From an uncultured Spirochaetota bacterium (GTDB lineage Bacteria > Spirochaetota > Spirochaetia > SZUA-6 > Fen-1364): 64,000 bases of DNA. Positions 35,973 to 46,119 of the stretch are shown piece by piece. The stretch covers positions 111,805 through 175,804 of the forward strand of contig CAVUXE010000058.1 in the NCBI GenBank assembly GCA_963745235.1, given 5' to 3'. The notes below the pieces were generated by a model. It was given only the letters and a program-made list of their open reading frames with translations. It had not been told where the DNA came from and made no database searches. Both the position numbers and the translations under genes were made by a program. The number at the start of each line of letters is the position of its first letter. Positions within the stretch are counted from its first letter, which is position 1.

Positions 35973-37049
35973 ATGCCGCACAAGAAGCTGTTCATCCCCG
36001 GACCCACCGAGGTGCACCCGGAAATCCTTTCGGCGATGGCGACTCCCATGATCGGGCACCGCAGCTCTGACTACACCGAGCTGCAGAAGCGCGTCACGGA
36101 AAAGGTCCAGAAGCTGGCATTCACCGTGAATCCCGTCCTCTTCTCCGCTTCGTCGGGAAGCGGGCTCATGGAAGGGGCCATCCGCTGCTGCACGGCGCGG
36201 CGCGCCATCGTGTTCTCCGTGGGGACCTTCGGCAACCGGTGGTTCGAGATTGCCCAGGGCAACGGCGTCCCTGCGGACAAGCACGAGGTGGAGTGGGGGA
36301 AAGGCCTGACCGCGGAGATGGTCGACGAGCACCTGTCCACGGGCAAGTACGACTGCGCCACCCTCACGCACAGCGAGACATCCACCGGCGTGATGAACCA
36401 CCTGGACGAGCTTGCCCCCGTGTTCCGCAAGTACCCTGACGTCGTGTGGTGCATCGACGCCGTCTCGTCCTTCGGCGGCGTCAAGATAGACGTGGACGCG
36501 CTGGGCATCGACATCATGGTGACCTCCAGCCAGAAGTGCCTGGGCCTCCCTCCCGGCCTGTGCCTGGCCACCCTCTCCCCCAAGGCGGAGAAGCGCGCGC
36601 AGGCGGTGAAGAACCGCGGCTACTATTTCGACCTGCTGCAGCTCCTGCAGTTCATCCGGGAGAAGAACTTCCAGTACCCCTCCACAATGAGCATCTCCCA
36701 CATGTTCGCGCTGGACGGCAGATGGACAGGATCGCGAAGGAGGGATTCGAGGCCCGGTTCAAGCGACACGAGAAGATGGCAGGCGCGGTGCAGGAGTGGG
36801 CCCGGAAGAACTTCGCGCTGTTCCCGGTTGAGAAGTACGCGTCGCACGACCGTGACCTGCATCAAGAACACGCGCGGCATCTCCGTGGCGGACCTGAACA
36901 AGGAGCTGGGCAAGCGGAACCTCGCCCTTTCCAACGGCTACGGCAAGCTCAAGGAGCAGACCTTCCGCATCGCGCACATGGGAGACCTGCAGATGAGCGA
37001 CATCGACGAGCTGCTCGGGGCCATCGAGGACATCCTGAAGCTGAAATAG
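35973..37049 (+). CDS. Aminotransferase class V (serine-pyruvate/alanine-glyoxylate type; compensating frameshifts)
   Basis: IPGPT, HSETSTG, DAVSS, SSQKCLGLPPG, FRIAHMG. Confidence 0.9.
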   Translation: MPHKKLFIPGPTEVHPEILSAMATPMIGHRSSDYTELQKRVTEKVQKLAFTVNPVLFSASSGSGLMEGAIRCCTARRAIVFSVGTFGNRWFEIAQGNGVPADKHEVEWGKGLTAEMVDEHLSTGKYDCATLTHSETSTGVMNHLDELAPVFRKYPDVVWCIDAVSSFGGVKIDVDALGIDIMVTSSQKCLGLPPGLCLATLSPKAEKRAQAVKNRGYYFDLLQLLQFIREKNFQYPSTMSISHMFALDGRWTGSRRRDSRPGSSDTRRWQARCRSGPGRTSRCSRLRSTRRTTVTCIKNTRGISVADLNKELGKRNLALSNGYGKLKEQTFRIAHMGDLQMSDIDELLGAIEDILKLK

Positions 37050-37118
37050 CGGGCTGCGGATACGCAGAACAGCCGTTCGTATTGCAAAGCGGTATCGCGG
37101 CGACTATACTTGAGCGCC

Positions 37119-37367
37119 ATGGAGGAGCAGAAATCCTGCCTTTTTTGCGGGAAAATCGTGGACAAGACCTACCAGTACTGTCCCCACTGCGGCTACGAGT
37201 TCGGGCAGGGAGAAGAGCTGTCAGCGCTCCTGGATGAAACCATGGGGGACTCGTCCGGGGATGGAGAAGAGGACTATCTGCTGCGCCTCCGCACGCTCCA
37301 GGAGCTCCTCTCCGACATGGAGAGGGAGCTCGACCTCATCATCAGGACCTCTTCAAAAGATCCTTGA
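37119..37367 (+). CDS. Small zinc-ribbon protein
   Basis: CLFCG...YCPHCG, acidic helical C-terminus. Confidence 0.75.
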   Translation: MEEQKSCLFCGKIVDKTYQYCPHCGYEFGQGEELSALLDETMGDSSGDGEEDYLLRLRTLQELLSDMERELDLIIRTSSKDP

Positions 37368-38574
37368 TCACGCTGCGGTCATCCAGCAGCGAGCTGAGGC
37401 TTCTGTTGATAGTGCAGCCGGTAGATGATCCGCGCAAAGAGGTTCGTGATGTCCGCGCTGAGGTACCATTCCCTCCCCAGGAGCGAGTCGTCGTGGTACA
37501 CGGCGTTGGTTCCGATGATGCGGGAGAACAAGCCCTTCGTGGTACGCCTTCTGGAAGGTGTCCACGGTCCCGGGCGCTGAAGAACGGCAGGCTCACCGCG
37601 CAGATGATTTTCTCGCGCTCCGGCCTCCTTGAGCACGCGCATGGCCTTGATGAGCGTCCCTCCGGTGCCCAGCATGTCGTCGCTCAGGAACACGGTCTTG
37701 CCCGCCACCGAGCCCAGCAGCCTCATGTCGGTGATGTTGCCGTTCTCCGCGCTCTGCGCCACGCGGGAGTAGTCCCGCTCCTTGTACAGCATGCCCAGGG
37801 GCTTGCCGAGGATGGAAGCGTAGAACTTGCTCCTGTCCACGGCGCCCGTGTCCGGGGCCACGACGACGAGGCTCTCGTCCTTCAGGTCCGTCACGGTGGC
37901 CAGCATCTTCAGGATCTGGTACGCGCCGTGGAGGTTCTCCAGGCGGAGGTGGTTGAAGCAGTTCTCGATCTCCTTGGAGTGGATGTCCAGCGTGATGATG
38001 CGCGCCACGCCGAAGGACTCCAGCATCTGTCCCACCCGGGCCGCGGAGAGGCTCTCCCTCCCCTTCTTCTTGTGCTGGCGGGAGTAGGGGAACGTGGGAA
38101 GGATGACCGTCACCTGCGGGCCCCCGCCTGGAGCGCGGCGTCCACCGTCACCAGGAGGCAGAAGAGGTGGTCGTTCACGGAGAGCACGTGCGGCTCATCT
38201 GATTTCTGGAACTGCAGGGGGTAGCGGTTGGCGACATCCTGCACGATGTAGATCTCGGTGTTGCGCACCGAGGTGAGGATCTCCGTCTTGAACTCGCCGT
38301 TGGGAAATCGCGTGTACTTGGCCGGCACGAGGTACGTGTTCGTTCGCTGCTGGTCGATAGGCTCGTCTCGCTCACCCGCCGTCGGGAGGATGTCCGCGGC
38401 CAGGTTCATCTGGCGGATGATGTCTGGCCGCGGCACGTTGTAGGACTTGCTGAGGATCCGCACGCGCTCCTCGAGCTTGTCCCGCGTGATCGACTCAAGG
38501 TGGTCGAAGATCTTCTGGGCAAAGGCCATGCCCCCCGGGCAGGGCAGGATGCCGATCTGCGCGAGGTCAGCCAT
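37342..38574 (-). CDS. prs: Ribose-phosphate pyrophosphokinase (frameshifted)
   Basis: RFPNGE, FPYSRQ, LDIHS, VAPDTGA, DDMLGTGGT. Confidence 0.92.
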
Positions 38575-39502
38575 GGGCAGCGGAGAAGAAAGCGATTGTC
38601 TTTGCCAGGCCCACCTCCAGGTCACACCCGGGTTTCCACCCCAGGACGGCCGCGGCCTTCGCGTTGTCCAGGCAGCTCTTGCGCAGGTCCCCTGGCCGCG
38701 GACCGGCCCGCGTATACTTCAGCTCCTTGCCCATGATCGAGCTGATGGAGGCAAGCAGCTCCCGTGTCTTGACGGGCCGGCCGCTCGCGATGTTGATGGC
38801 GTCTCCCTCGCCCTTGTCCAGGGCCAGGACGTTTGCTTTCGCGACATCCTCCACGAACACGTAGTCACGGGACATCCCTTCGGGGTCGTCGGGATACGCG
38901 TTGATGGTCGGAATTTCGCCTTTCAGCATCTTGTTGATGAATATCGCGACCACTCCCGCCTCTCCGGCCGGGTTCTGACGCGGGCCGTACACATTGGAAT
39001 AGCGCAACGCCGTCCAGGGAAGGCGATGCTGGTGCCCGTAGAAGCGAAGGTAGTTCTCCCCCAGGAGCTTGTGAATGGCGTACGGCGACTCGGGGGCCGG
39101 GGGATGATTCTCCGGAATGCGGTCCAGGTCGGACTCACCGTAGATTGCGCCGCCCGAAGAGATGAAGATGAACTTTTTCAGCCGCGCTTTTCTGCTGTTT
39201 TCCAGCACGTTGAGCAGGCCCAGCCCGTTGATCCGCGCGTCAAGGACGGGATCACGGGAGGAAACGGTGACGCTCATCTGGGCGGCGTGGTGGCTCACGA
39301 CGTCTGGCTTCTCGACCTGAAAAACCTTCTCCAGCAGGGGCGAAGCGATATCCATCAGGTAGAAAGGAACCCCTTTCGGCAGGTTTGCTGCATTCCCCGT
39401 TGAAAAATCATCCACAATTGCAACTGAATGGCCCGCTTTCAGGTACGCGTCCGCCGCGTGCGAGCCAATGAACCCCGCCCCCCCCGTTATCAGGATTTTC
39501 AT
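38567..39502 (-). CDS. NAD-dependent epimerase/dehydratase (GalE-like)
   Basis: TGGAGFIGSH, YAIHK, RYSNVYGPRQ. Confidence 0.92.
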   Translation of the reverse strand: MKILITGGAGFIGSHAADAYLKAGHSVAIVDDFSTGNAANLPKGVPFYLMDIASPLLEKVFQVEKPDVVSHHAAQMSVTVSSRDPVLDARINGLGLLNVLENSRKARLKKFIFISSGGAIYGESDLDRIPENHPPAPESPYAIHKLLGENYLRFYGHQHRLPWTALRYSNVYGPRQNPAGEAGVVAIFINKMLKGEIPTINAYPDDPEGMSRDYVFVEDVAKANVLALDKGEGDAINIASGRPVKTRELLASISSIMGKELKYTRAGPRPGDLRKSCLDNAKAAAVLGWKPGCDLEVGLAKTIAFFSAAHG

Positions 39503-39620
39503 GATTGCGACTGTAGCACCGTCTCCGAAAGGGGGTCAAGGAGACCCGCAGGAACGGCGCTTTTTGCTGAAGCTTTCAACCGCCGACTGCCGAAGATTGT
39601 AGAAGGGAAAAGAAGAGGGA

Positions 39621-41903
39621 TTGCTCGTGAGGAAATCATTGCTCCTCCTATGCTTCTCGGCGGCCTCAGCCTTTGCGCAGGTTACGTTCTCCGGCCTGGA
39701 CCTCTCGCCGAAGGACCGACTGCTGTTCGCCGCGTCCGCCCTCTATCCCGACTATGGCACGTTCTCCACGCTTTTCCTTGCGGATGCGCATACCCGGGGG
39801 ATACGCGAGCTCACCTGTTTCCCCGAGGAAGTCCTGCTCCTGCAGGACAAGGACGTGCTGCAGATCCAGAACCGCTTCGGGGTGTTCCGCTCGGGACCGG
39901 GATTCACCACCATCGCGCCCCTGCCCATTTTCCCCTCCTTCGTCGGGGGCAGCCAGATCCAGGTCGGCAGAATTGCTCCCATGCAGACGTCCCCGGACGG
40001 CCGCTACCTCCTCTATACGCGCGCGACCTCCACGGCCTTTGGGGACCTGGTCCTTCTCGATGTCTCTGCGGGAAAGGAGACAGTCGTCTCCCAGCGCGTG
40101 GAGCTCTCCCTGGAGGCGCTGCCCGCCCTGTGGTCTCCGGACTCGCTTTTCATCGTCTACACCAAGGCCGCCAGCCTCTTCTACTATTCCCTTCCCCAGA
40201 TGCGAGACGGCCGGGTGCTGACTGAATCGCTGCGCCGGATCGGCGGCGGAACTATTGCCAACGTCCGCTGGAGCAGGGACCGCAGCCTGCTCTACGTCTC
40301 CGGGCTCGTCGTCTACGCCATCGATCCGAGGGAGCTCTTCACCCGCGCGCTCTACGCCGGGTTCCTGAAGATCGGGAAGATCGAGGGGAAGATCCCCTTC
40401 GATTTCGATTCGAACTTCGACTCCTTCTGGGTGTCCCCCGATGGGAGGAACCTCCTCCTCAACAAGGGGGGCCGCAACCTCTTCCTCTATTACCTGTCCA
40501 CCGACGACTTTCACCCCAACGGCACGCCGCTCAACCTGCCGTACCTGTACCTGCCCCGCGACACGACAGTGCGCAAGGTCATCTGGTCCTCGAACAACGT
40601 CGTCACCATGCTCTGCGAGACACGGACCTCCGGCGTGCGGGGAACCGCCGTGTTCCGCCTCTCCACTGACGCCCAGGGGCGCTACGGCAGCTTCCAGCAG
40701 ACCGCCGACAAGGGCGTGCTGGACATCAGCCTCTCCCCCGATGAAAGCCTTGCCGCCATCAGGGAGGCCGACGGTGTCTCGTGGCGCGACTATGCAACCT
40801 GGACGGAGAAGGGCAGGGCGGCCCACCCGTCGCCGCTGCACGTCCTGTGGCTGAGCCAGGAGGAGCTGCTCGTGGCGGGGGCGTATTTCATCGAAAGGCT
40901 CTCCCTGGCCACCGGCGGCTCGACACTCGTGGCCTTGTCCCAGCCGGGCGAGTACGGCTTTGCGGTTGACTCCGACTCCGTGGAGACCTCGGCGAAGGGC
41001 AGGGCGCTTGCCTTCGATGAGACAAGCGGCGCCTGGAAATCCACACAGGCCTACTCGGTGCGGCCGCCCAGCGCGGCCTCCGAGGACCTTCGCGTCTACC
41101 TGGAAGGCTCGGTTCGCGGCATCTACTCCAACCTCGTCATGATCCGCGACGCCAAGGGGTACGGGACGACGCCCCTCTTTCCTCCGGAGCGCTCGGTTTA
41201 CGAGCCGTTCCCGGCCGCTGATGAGCCCGTGAGCTTTGTCAACTTCACGCACGGCTCGCGGATCCGTCGTCGGGAGGTCAGCCTCGTGTTCAACGCCGTG
41301 GATTCCGCGGAGGGATTGACGGGAATCCTCAACACCCTGTCGGCATACGGGATCCGGTCCACGTTCTTCGTGAACGGCGAGTTCATCCGGCGCTACCCGG
41401 ATGCGGTGCGGGAGATCGCTGAATCCGGCCACGAGGTGGGCTCGCTCTTTTCGGCCTATTTCACCATGACAGACTCCCGTTTCGGCGTGGACCGAAGCTT
41501 CGTCAAGGCCGGCCTTGCCCGCAACGAGGATGACTACTTCGCGGCGACCGGCCGGGAGCTCTCCCTGCTGTGGCACGCGCCCTACTACATCGTGAGCTCC
41601 GACATCATTGCCGCGGCGGCCGAGATGAACTACGTGTACGTGGGACGGGACCTGGACTCCTACGACTGGGTCGCGGCCACTGATTTCAACAGGGCGCGGG
41701 GGATCTACTTCCCCGCCGCACAGCTCGTCGAGCGCATCATTTCTCAGAAGAAGCCGGGCTCCATCATCCCCATCCAGGTGGGAATGGTGGGCGGCCCCCG
41801 GGACGACTATCTCTTCCAGAAGCTTGATCTCATCATCAACGAGCTCATCCTTCTCGGGTTCCAGATCGTGCCGGTCTCCACGCTCATGGAACACGCCAGG
41901 TAG
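39621..41903 (+). CDS. Secreted beta-propeller + NodB-like polysaccharide deacetylase domain protein
   Basis: Signal peptide, repeated SPDG motifs, C-terminal STFFVNG..GHEVG..PGSII NodB-like fold. Confidence 0.78.
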   Translation: MLVRKSLLLLCFSAASAFAQVTFSGLDLSPKDRLLFAASALYPDYGTFSTLFLADAHTRGIRELTCFPEEVLLLQDKDVLQIQNRFGVFRSGPGFTTIAPLPIFPSFVGGSQIQVGRIAPMQTSPDGRYLLYTRATSTAFGDLVLLDVSAGKETVVSQRVELSLEALPALWSPDSLFIVYTKAASLFYYSLPQMRDGRVLTESLRRIGGGTIANVRWSRDRSLLYVSGLVVYAIDPRELFTRALYAGFLKIGKIEGKIPFDFDSNFDSFWVSPDGRNLLLNKGGRNLFLYYLSTDDFHPNGTPLNLPYLYLPRDTTVRKVIWSSNNVVTMLCETRTSGVRGTAVFRLSTDAQGRYGSFQQTADKGVLDISLSPDESLAAIREADGVSWRDYATWTEKGRAAHPSPLHVLWLSQEELLVAGAYFIERLSLATGGSTLVALSQPGEYGFAVDSDSVETSAKGRALAFDETSGAWKSTQAYSVRPPSAASEDLRVYLEGSVRGIYSNLVMIRDAKGYGTTPLFPPERSVYEPFPAADEPVSFVNFTHGSRIRRREVSLVFNAVDSAEGLTGILNTLSAYGIRSTFFVNGEFIRRYPDAVREIAESGHEVGSLFSAYFTMTDSRFGVDRSFVKAGLARNEDDYFAATGRELSLLWHAPYYIVSSDIIAAAAEMNYVYVGRDLDSYDWVAATDFNRARGIYFPAAQLVERIISQKKPGSIIPIQVGMVGGPRDDYLFQKLDLIINELILLGFQIVPVSTLMEHAR

Positions 41904-41926
41904 ACACGCAGGAAGGGGGAATTGGG

Positions 41927-42355
41927 GTGAAAGCGAACGACCCAGTGCAGGCGTACAAGGAAACTCAGATCAAGACGGCGAACCAGATCAGGCTGATCGT
42001 CATGCTCTACGACGGGGCAATACGTCACCTGAACCTCGCCCTGGATTCCTTCTCCGAGGGCCACCGGCGCTACGACGCGATCAACAACCACATCATCGCC
42101 GCGCAGGACATCCTTTCCGAGCTGACCGCCTCCCTGGATTTCGAGAAGGGCGGGTTGCTCGCGAAGAACCTGTTCAGCCTCTACAGCTTCATGAACCGTC
42201 AGCTGATGGAGGCGAATCTGAAGAAGGACCCCGGCCCGCTGCAGACCGTCAAGAAGCACCTGAGCGAGCTTCGGGAAGCATGGGAAGAGATATCGACCCG
42301 CAAAGGCCTCGAGGAGAAAGGCGGGACAGTGTCTGGCGTGAACATAGCCGGATGA
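41927..42355 (+). CDS. fliS: Flagellar export chaperone FliS
   Basis: AYKETQIKTA..LIVMLYDGAI..ELREAW. Confidence 0.95.
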   Translation: MKANDPVQAYKETQIKTANQIRLIVMLYDGAIRHLNLALDSFSEGHRRYDAINNHIIAAQDILSELTASLDFEKGGLLAKNLFSLYSFMNRQLMEANLKKDPGPLQTVKKHLSELREAWEEISTRKGLEEKGGTVSGVNIAG

Positions 42356-42369
42356 GAAGGGAAGCACCA

Positions 42370-42852
42370 ATGCAAGCAACAACCGCAAACACGATGACCA
42401 CCGCAGGCGCAATGACCACCGAACAGAGAGTGGCGCTCCTGAAGCGCCTTCGGGACATGCTGCAGCGACAGCGCGAGAAGTTCCAGGGCTACCTTTCCCT
42501 GCTCGAGCAGGAGGAGTCCTCCATTGCCCGCGGGGACGCGGAGACCCTCCTGACGCAGGTGGAGATGGAGAAATCGATCATCGCTGACATCTTCTCCCTC
42601 AAGAAGGTGATCGAGCCGCTTGAAAATCTCTACCAGGCCGCCTATCCGCGCGCGGAAGAAACCGTGCCCCGGCTGAAGGCCACGTTGGACAGGATGAGCG
42701 AGCAGGTGATTGCCCACAACGCGAAAAACAGGGCGCTCCTGCGCGCGCGCATGGACGACCTTCGCCTGGAGATCGCCTCCTTGCGCGCGTGGCCGCGGGG
42801 ATCATCCAGCTTCTCCCCCGTGACTCCGGGTCTCGTCGACATCACGACGTAG
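42370..42852 (+). CDS. flgN: FlgN-like flagellar chaperone
   Basis: Helical 160-aa protein immediately after fliS. Confidence 0.7.
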   Translation: MQATTANTMTTAGAMTTEQRVALLKRLRDMLQRQREKFQGYLSLLEQEESSIARGDAETLLTQVEMEKSIIADIFSLKKVIEPLENLYQAAYPRAEETVPRLKATLDRMSEQVIAHNAKNRALLRARMDDLRLEIASLRAWPRGSSSFSPVTPGLVDITT

Positions 42853-42853
42853 G

Positions 42854-42877
42854 CCGGGAGCCTGCAAAGGCTCCCGG
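42854..42877 (+). terminator. Hairpin after flgN at the left edge of the AT-richer island
   Basis: CCGGGAGCCT-GCAA-AGGCTCCCGG perfect stem; weak U-tract. Confidence 0.55.
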
Positions 42878-43330
42878 TCCTCGCCTCTCTTGCAACTGCA
42901 ACTCTGGAAAGGCTATGTCTTAGGCCCCAATACCAATTACGCCTAAACTTGAGAAGTCAAACGAGATGGCTCGACGCGCGGCGAGCCGTAAATAGCCGCC
43001 GCAGCGGATGTCTCTGCTATGTCCAAAAGCTTGCGCTTATGGTGAACTGCCGTAGAATATGGCAAAAGCTGGAGGGCCAGCCGCCGTCCATGTCTTGGAA
43101 CACCCGGTCCATGACCCCGCGGCCCCAGCAGCATCATGAGCTCAAGCAGATTGCGCTCGATCAACAACAGCTCAGTACTGTCGGTGATCTTCTTGCCCTA
43201 GGCAGCCTTGAAAGCTTCTGCGATCTGAGGTACCAAGGAATCCATTGCCAGGCCCCTCCCGGTTTGCGGTGAGATTTGTGGTCAACTCACCATACCGCAA
43301 ACCAGAGGGGCTTGCGCGGCAATGCCCACC

Positions 43331-43493
43331 CTTGACCATTGGTCTTGCAAAATATGCATTCAAGCAGTATACCATCGGCTATGGACCGGTTCTTGCTGGC
43401 GCTGTTATTTCAATTATCCCTGTCGTCGTTGCCCACATTTTTCTCCAACAACACATAGTGCGCGGCATTGCCCTTGGCAGTGTCAACGGATGA
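43331..43493 (+). pseudogene. 3' remnant of a carbohydrate ABC transporter permease
   Basis: LTIGL...YGPVLAGAVISIIPVVVAHIFLQQHIVRGIALGSVNG* matches the MalG-type C-terminus; 5' part absent. Confidence 0.75.
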
Positions 43494-43501
43494 ACTAGCC
43501 C

Positions 43502-45970
43502 ATGCAGCAGACGATCCGCAATAAGAAAGTGGTATTGTCTTTCGATCTGAAAAGAGGACTGATCACCCATCTGGAATTCCTTGATGATAAAGACGGGATG
43601 AATTGGCTAATCTCGCCAGCAACTCTGGAGAGGTATGGTTTTTCAGAGAGTATCTGCTGTTTGTGGGGGAAAAGCCATATTGAATCAAATCATGTTATTG
43701 ATACAGGCAAATTGGAACCAAGTGAAACAATTCAGCGGGATGACTCGATATGCTTCAAATACAACTTGGATGGACTCATTGTGACTCATCTGTTCACCAT
43801 AGGTGAGAATTCTCTGGACTGGAGTTTCTCCATTAAAAATACCGGTAAGGCGGATATTGAAATCGAAAAAATGTACCACTGGCTTCCTCTTGCCTATATT
43901 ATGCACAAGGATTTCCAGGAGAATGTCAATCATTCCTGCTCCATGGTTCCCTCCATAGCTGGAAACCATTCACATATAATCTGTCGGAAACGGAAAAAGA
44001 ATGGCGATGCAATATATATATGCAATAAAAGTGGGAAGATGAAATCTGTGGGTTCGTTGTGCAGATACACCAATTTATTCTTCGAGAAGACGTCACCTTC
44101 GTTGAATGGATTGGTCTTGTATAATGTCGTCAATGCATACAAGAATTTGGAAATCGAAAGTAGCCACTTTTTCGACTGGCAATATCGGGAAATGTATAAG
44201 TCGATCACAATTGAGCCAGGAGCCCAGTTTGACGATGGATACACAATCAGATACGATCCCGCTCTTGATGAAAAAAAAGCACTCCAATCTTCCGGCTGCG
44301 CCGTCATCGATTACGATCCGATACTTCAATTCGGCCATTCGTCGCATATAGAAGTCCATTATGCTTCGCCGGTGAGAAGCTGTGTGATCTATGGAATTGA
44401 CGATACAGGCTTGTTTATTGAGCATGAACTGCCACTGCCGGAACAGGGAAACAGGATAGGGATTCCGACTCAGAACCGCGCAGGTGAAAAGAAGCTCGAA
44501 CTTGAATTCATGGATGGAACGAAGACGTTCGTCATCTTCGCCGTCTATGAATCCGTGCGGGACATAATAGTTTCATTCTGCAATCATGAGGTCACGAACA
44601 GGTTCATAGATGATGTGAACTCCAAGTATTATTGCGCCTATCAATCCGTATCCCCCCAGGGAGAATCCTGCGCTAAAGGTTCTCTCATACTCCTTAAGAA
44701 TCTGCTTACGCGGCAAAACTCAGCCGAGATCAGGCAGGTGGAACGAAATGCTGTCAATTATCTGAAAAAAAATTGGCTGAATGACGACTTCACCGCTGTT
44801 AAGAAATATCCGGGAGGCTTTGCCCGAATATTCGACTTGGATTATTTGATCATGGAATTCTATCATCTATCCCTCTGTGAAACCAGGCACCTTGCGCTCA
44901 ATTCAGCCGATACCTACCTGGAATGGTGCTGCAAGATCGCACTGTACCGTTTTTCAGAGACATCGGACAAGCTTCCTCGTGAAAACGCGGAAACCCATGC
45001 TGCAAGCATGATCTCCTGGATTCAGCTGCAAATGTTCAAAAAATTGGAGGAAAAGGGCTTTATAAATGAATCGCGCTTGCTGCAAAAGCATTGGACGGCG
45101 AATATAGAAGAGCAATGCGCCAAGATCGCTGATCTTTCTTTTATTGTTACTGAGCACTACTTCGACAATGCGGGGATTGCATGCACTGCGGAGACGCTCG
45201 TCAGAAGCGGAAAAATCGAGGAAGGAGTTCAAGCAGCAGAGCTTCTGCTATCCAACGTGGCAAGCAGTAACGACTACAGAAACTTTGCTCCAGATCGCTG
45301 GTGGGAGGCCCTTGCATGCATGTACCACAATCTCTGGGCTGTGCTTGCAGCAAAGGCGATGCTGACCGTTTATGATTATACCTTGGATAATCGTTTCCTT
45401 CTAGCCGCTTATAAGGCAATGATGCCAATGTTCTATAATTATGATTGGAATGCCAGATCTGCACCTAAGAAATTGATCCGGGGCGAAGGAGTCTCCGCAT
45501 ATTGCATTACGAGTCCCAATCTCAACAATGAGTATTGCTCCCGCAACCGTTTCGGACAATCTATCTTCAAGGGCGAGTTCTTTGAAAAACTGGAATTGTT
45601 AGGTGATGATTGGGACCTAGGCGTCGATCTTATCGCCTATCTCTCAACCTTCGGGCAGTTTACCTATATAACGAGAATCGCCAACGAAAATCGATGCGTC
45701 AACGGCAGTTTGCAAATGCAGAAAGGACAAATGACGGTTGAGTCCTTTGCGGCATTTCCCGCCGGCTACTTCATAGAAGAAAATAGAACATGGATAATAC
45801 GAGGCAATACCAATTTCACTATGAACTCAATTACCATGGAAAAGGGAGAATGCATAGCTGTAACAATTGAGAAAACAGACCCAGCGAGCGAGGTTGTCAT
45901 CCGCTCGATATGTAATGGGGTCGAGATGGCTATCCATCCCAAGGTTGTTTTGCAGCGAGTGAGGGCTTGA
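43502..45970 (+). CDS. 822-aa hypothetical protein, possibly carbohydrate-active
   Basis: Long intact AT-rich ORF 8 nt after the sugar permease remnant; beta-rich N-half, helical aromatic-rich C-half. Confidence 0.8.
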   Translation: MQQTIRNKKVVLSFDLKRGLITHLEFLDDKDGMNWLISPATLERYGFSESICCLWGKSHIESNHVIDTGKLEPSETIQRDDSICFKYNLDGLIVTHLFTIGENSLDWSFSIKNTGKADIEIEKMYHWLPLAYIMHKDFQENVNHSCSMVPSIAGNHSHIICRKRKKNGDAIYICNKSGKMKSVGSLCRYTNLFFEKTSPSLNGLVLYNVVNAYKNLEIESSHFFDWQYREMYKSITIEPGAQFDDGYTIRYDPALDEKKALQSSGCAVIDYDPILQFGHSSHIEVHYASPVRSCVIYGIDDTGLFIEHELPLPEQGNRIGIPTQNRAGEKKLELEFMDGTKTFVIFAVYESVRDIIVSFCNHEVTNRFIDDVNSKYYCAYQSVSPQGESCAKGSLILLKNLLTRQNSAEIRQVERNAVNYLKKNWLNDDFTAVKKYPGGFARIFDLDYLIMEFYHLSLCETRHLALNSADTYLEWCCKIALYRFSETSDKLPRENAETHAASMISWIQLQMFKKLEEKGFINESRLLQKHWTANIEEQCAKIADLSFIVTEHYFDNAGIACTAETLVRSGKIEEGVQAAELLLSNVASSNDYRNFAPDRWWEALACMYHNLWAVLAAKAMLTVYDYTLDNRFLLAAYKAMMPMFYNYDWNARSAPKKLIRGEGVSAYCITSPNLNNEYCSRNRFGQSIFKGEFFEKLELLGDDWDLGVDLIAYLSTFGQFTYITRIANENRCVNGSLQMQKGQMTVESFAAFPAGYFIEENRTWIIRGNTNFTMNSITMEKGECIAVTIEKTDPASEVVIRSICNGVEMAIHPKVVLQRVRA

Positions 45971-46119
45971 TGCTCGCAAGCAGCGCTTTATGGCATTTTG
46001 GGCTGGAGAGCTTACAGTGCTCCCTCGAGGTGGAAACTGCAGTGGAAGGGAAGGATAAAGTGATAAGCTCCTCTTTGTCCCCTTGTGGAGAAGGGGAGAC
46101 CCTGAGATAAAGAGCTGTC

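Larger units (their letters stand above)
42900..46050. mobile_element. AT-richer horizontally acquired islet between flgN and polA
   Basis: Abrupt drop in GC and loss of GC3 codon bias; contains gene fragments; no integrase seen. Confidence 0.65.

Noticed and set aside
39666-41894. 742-aa antisense ORF, and similar long ones such as 15247-17388, 14073-15545 and 2289-3620
   Set aside because: Shadow ORFs opposite well-supported genes; expected from high GC3 and they show no motifs
46072-46100. Hairpin TCCCCTT-GTGGAG-AAGGGGA before polA as an island att site or REP element
   Set aside because: Single copy, with no matching direct repeat found at the left edge of the islet
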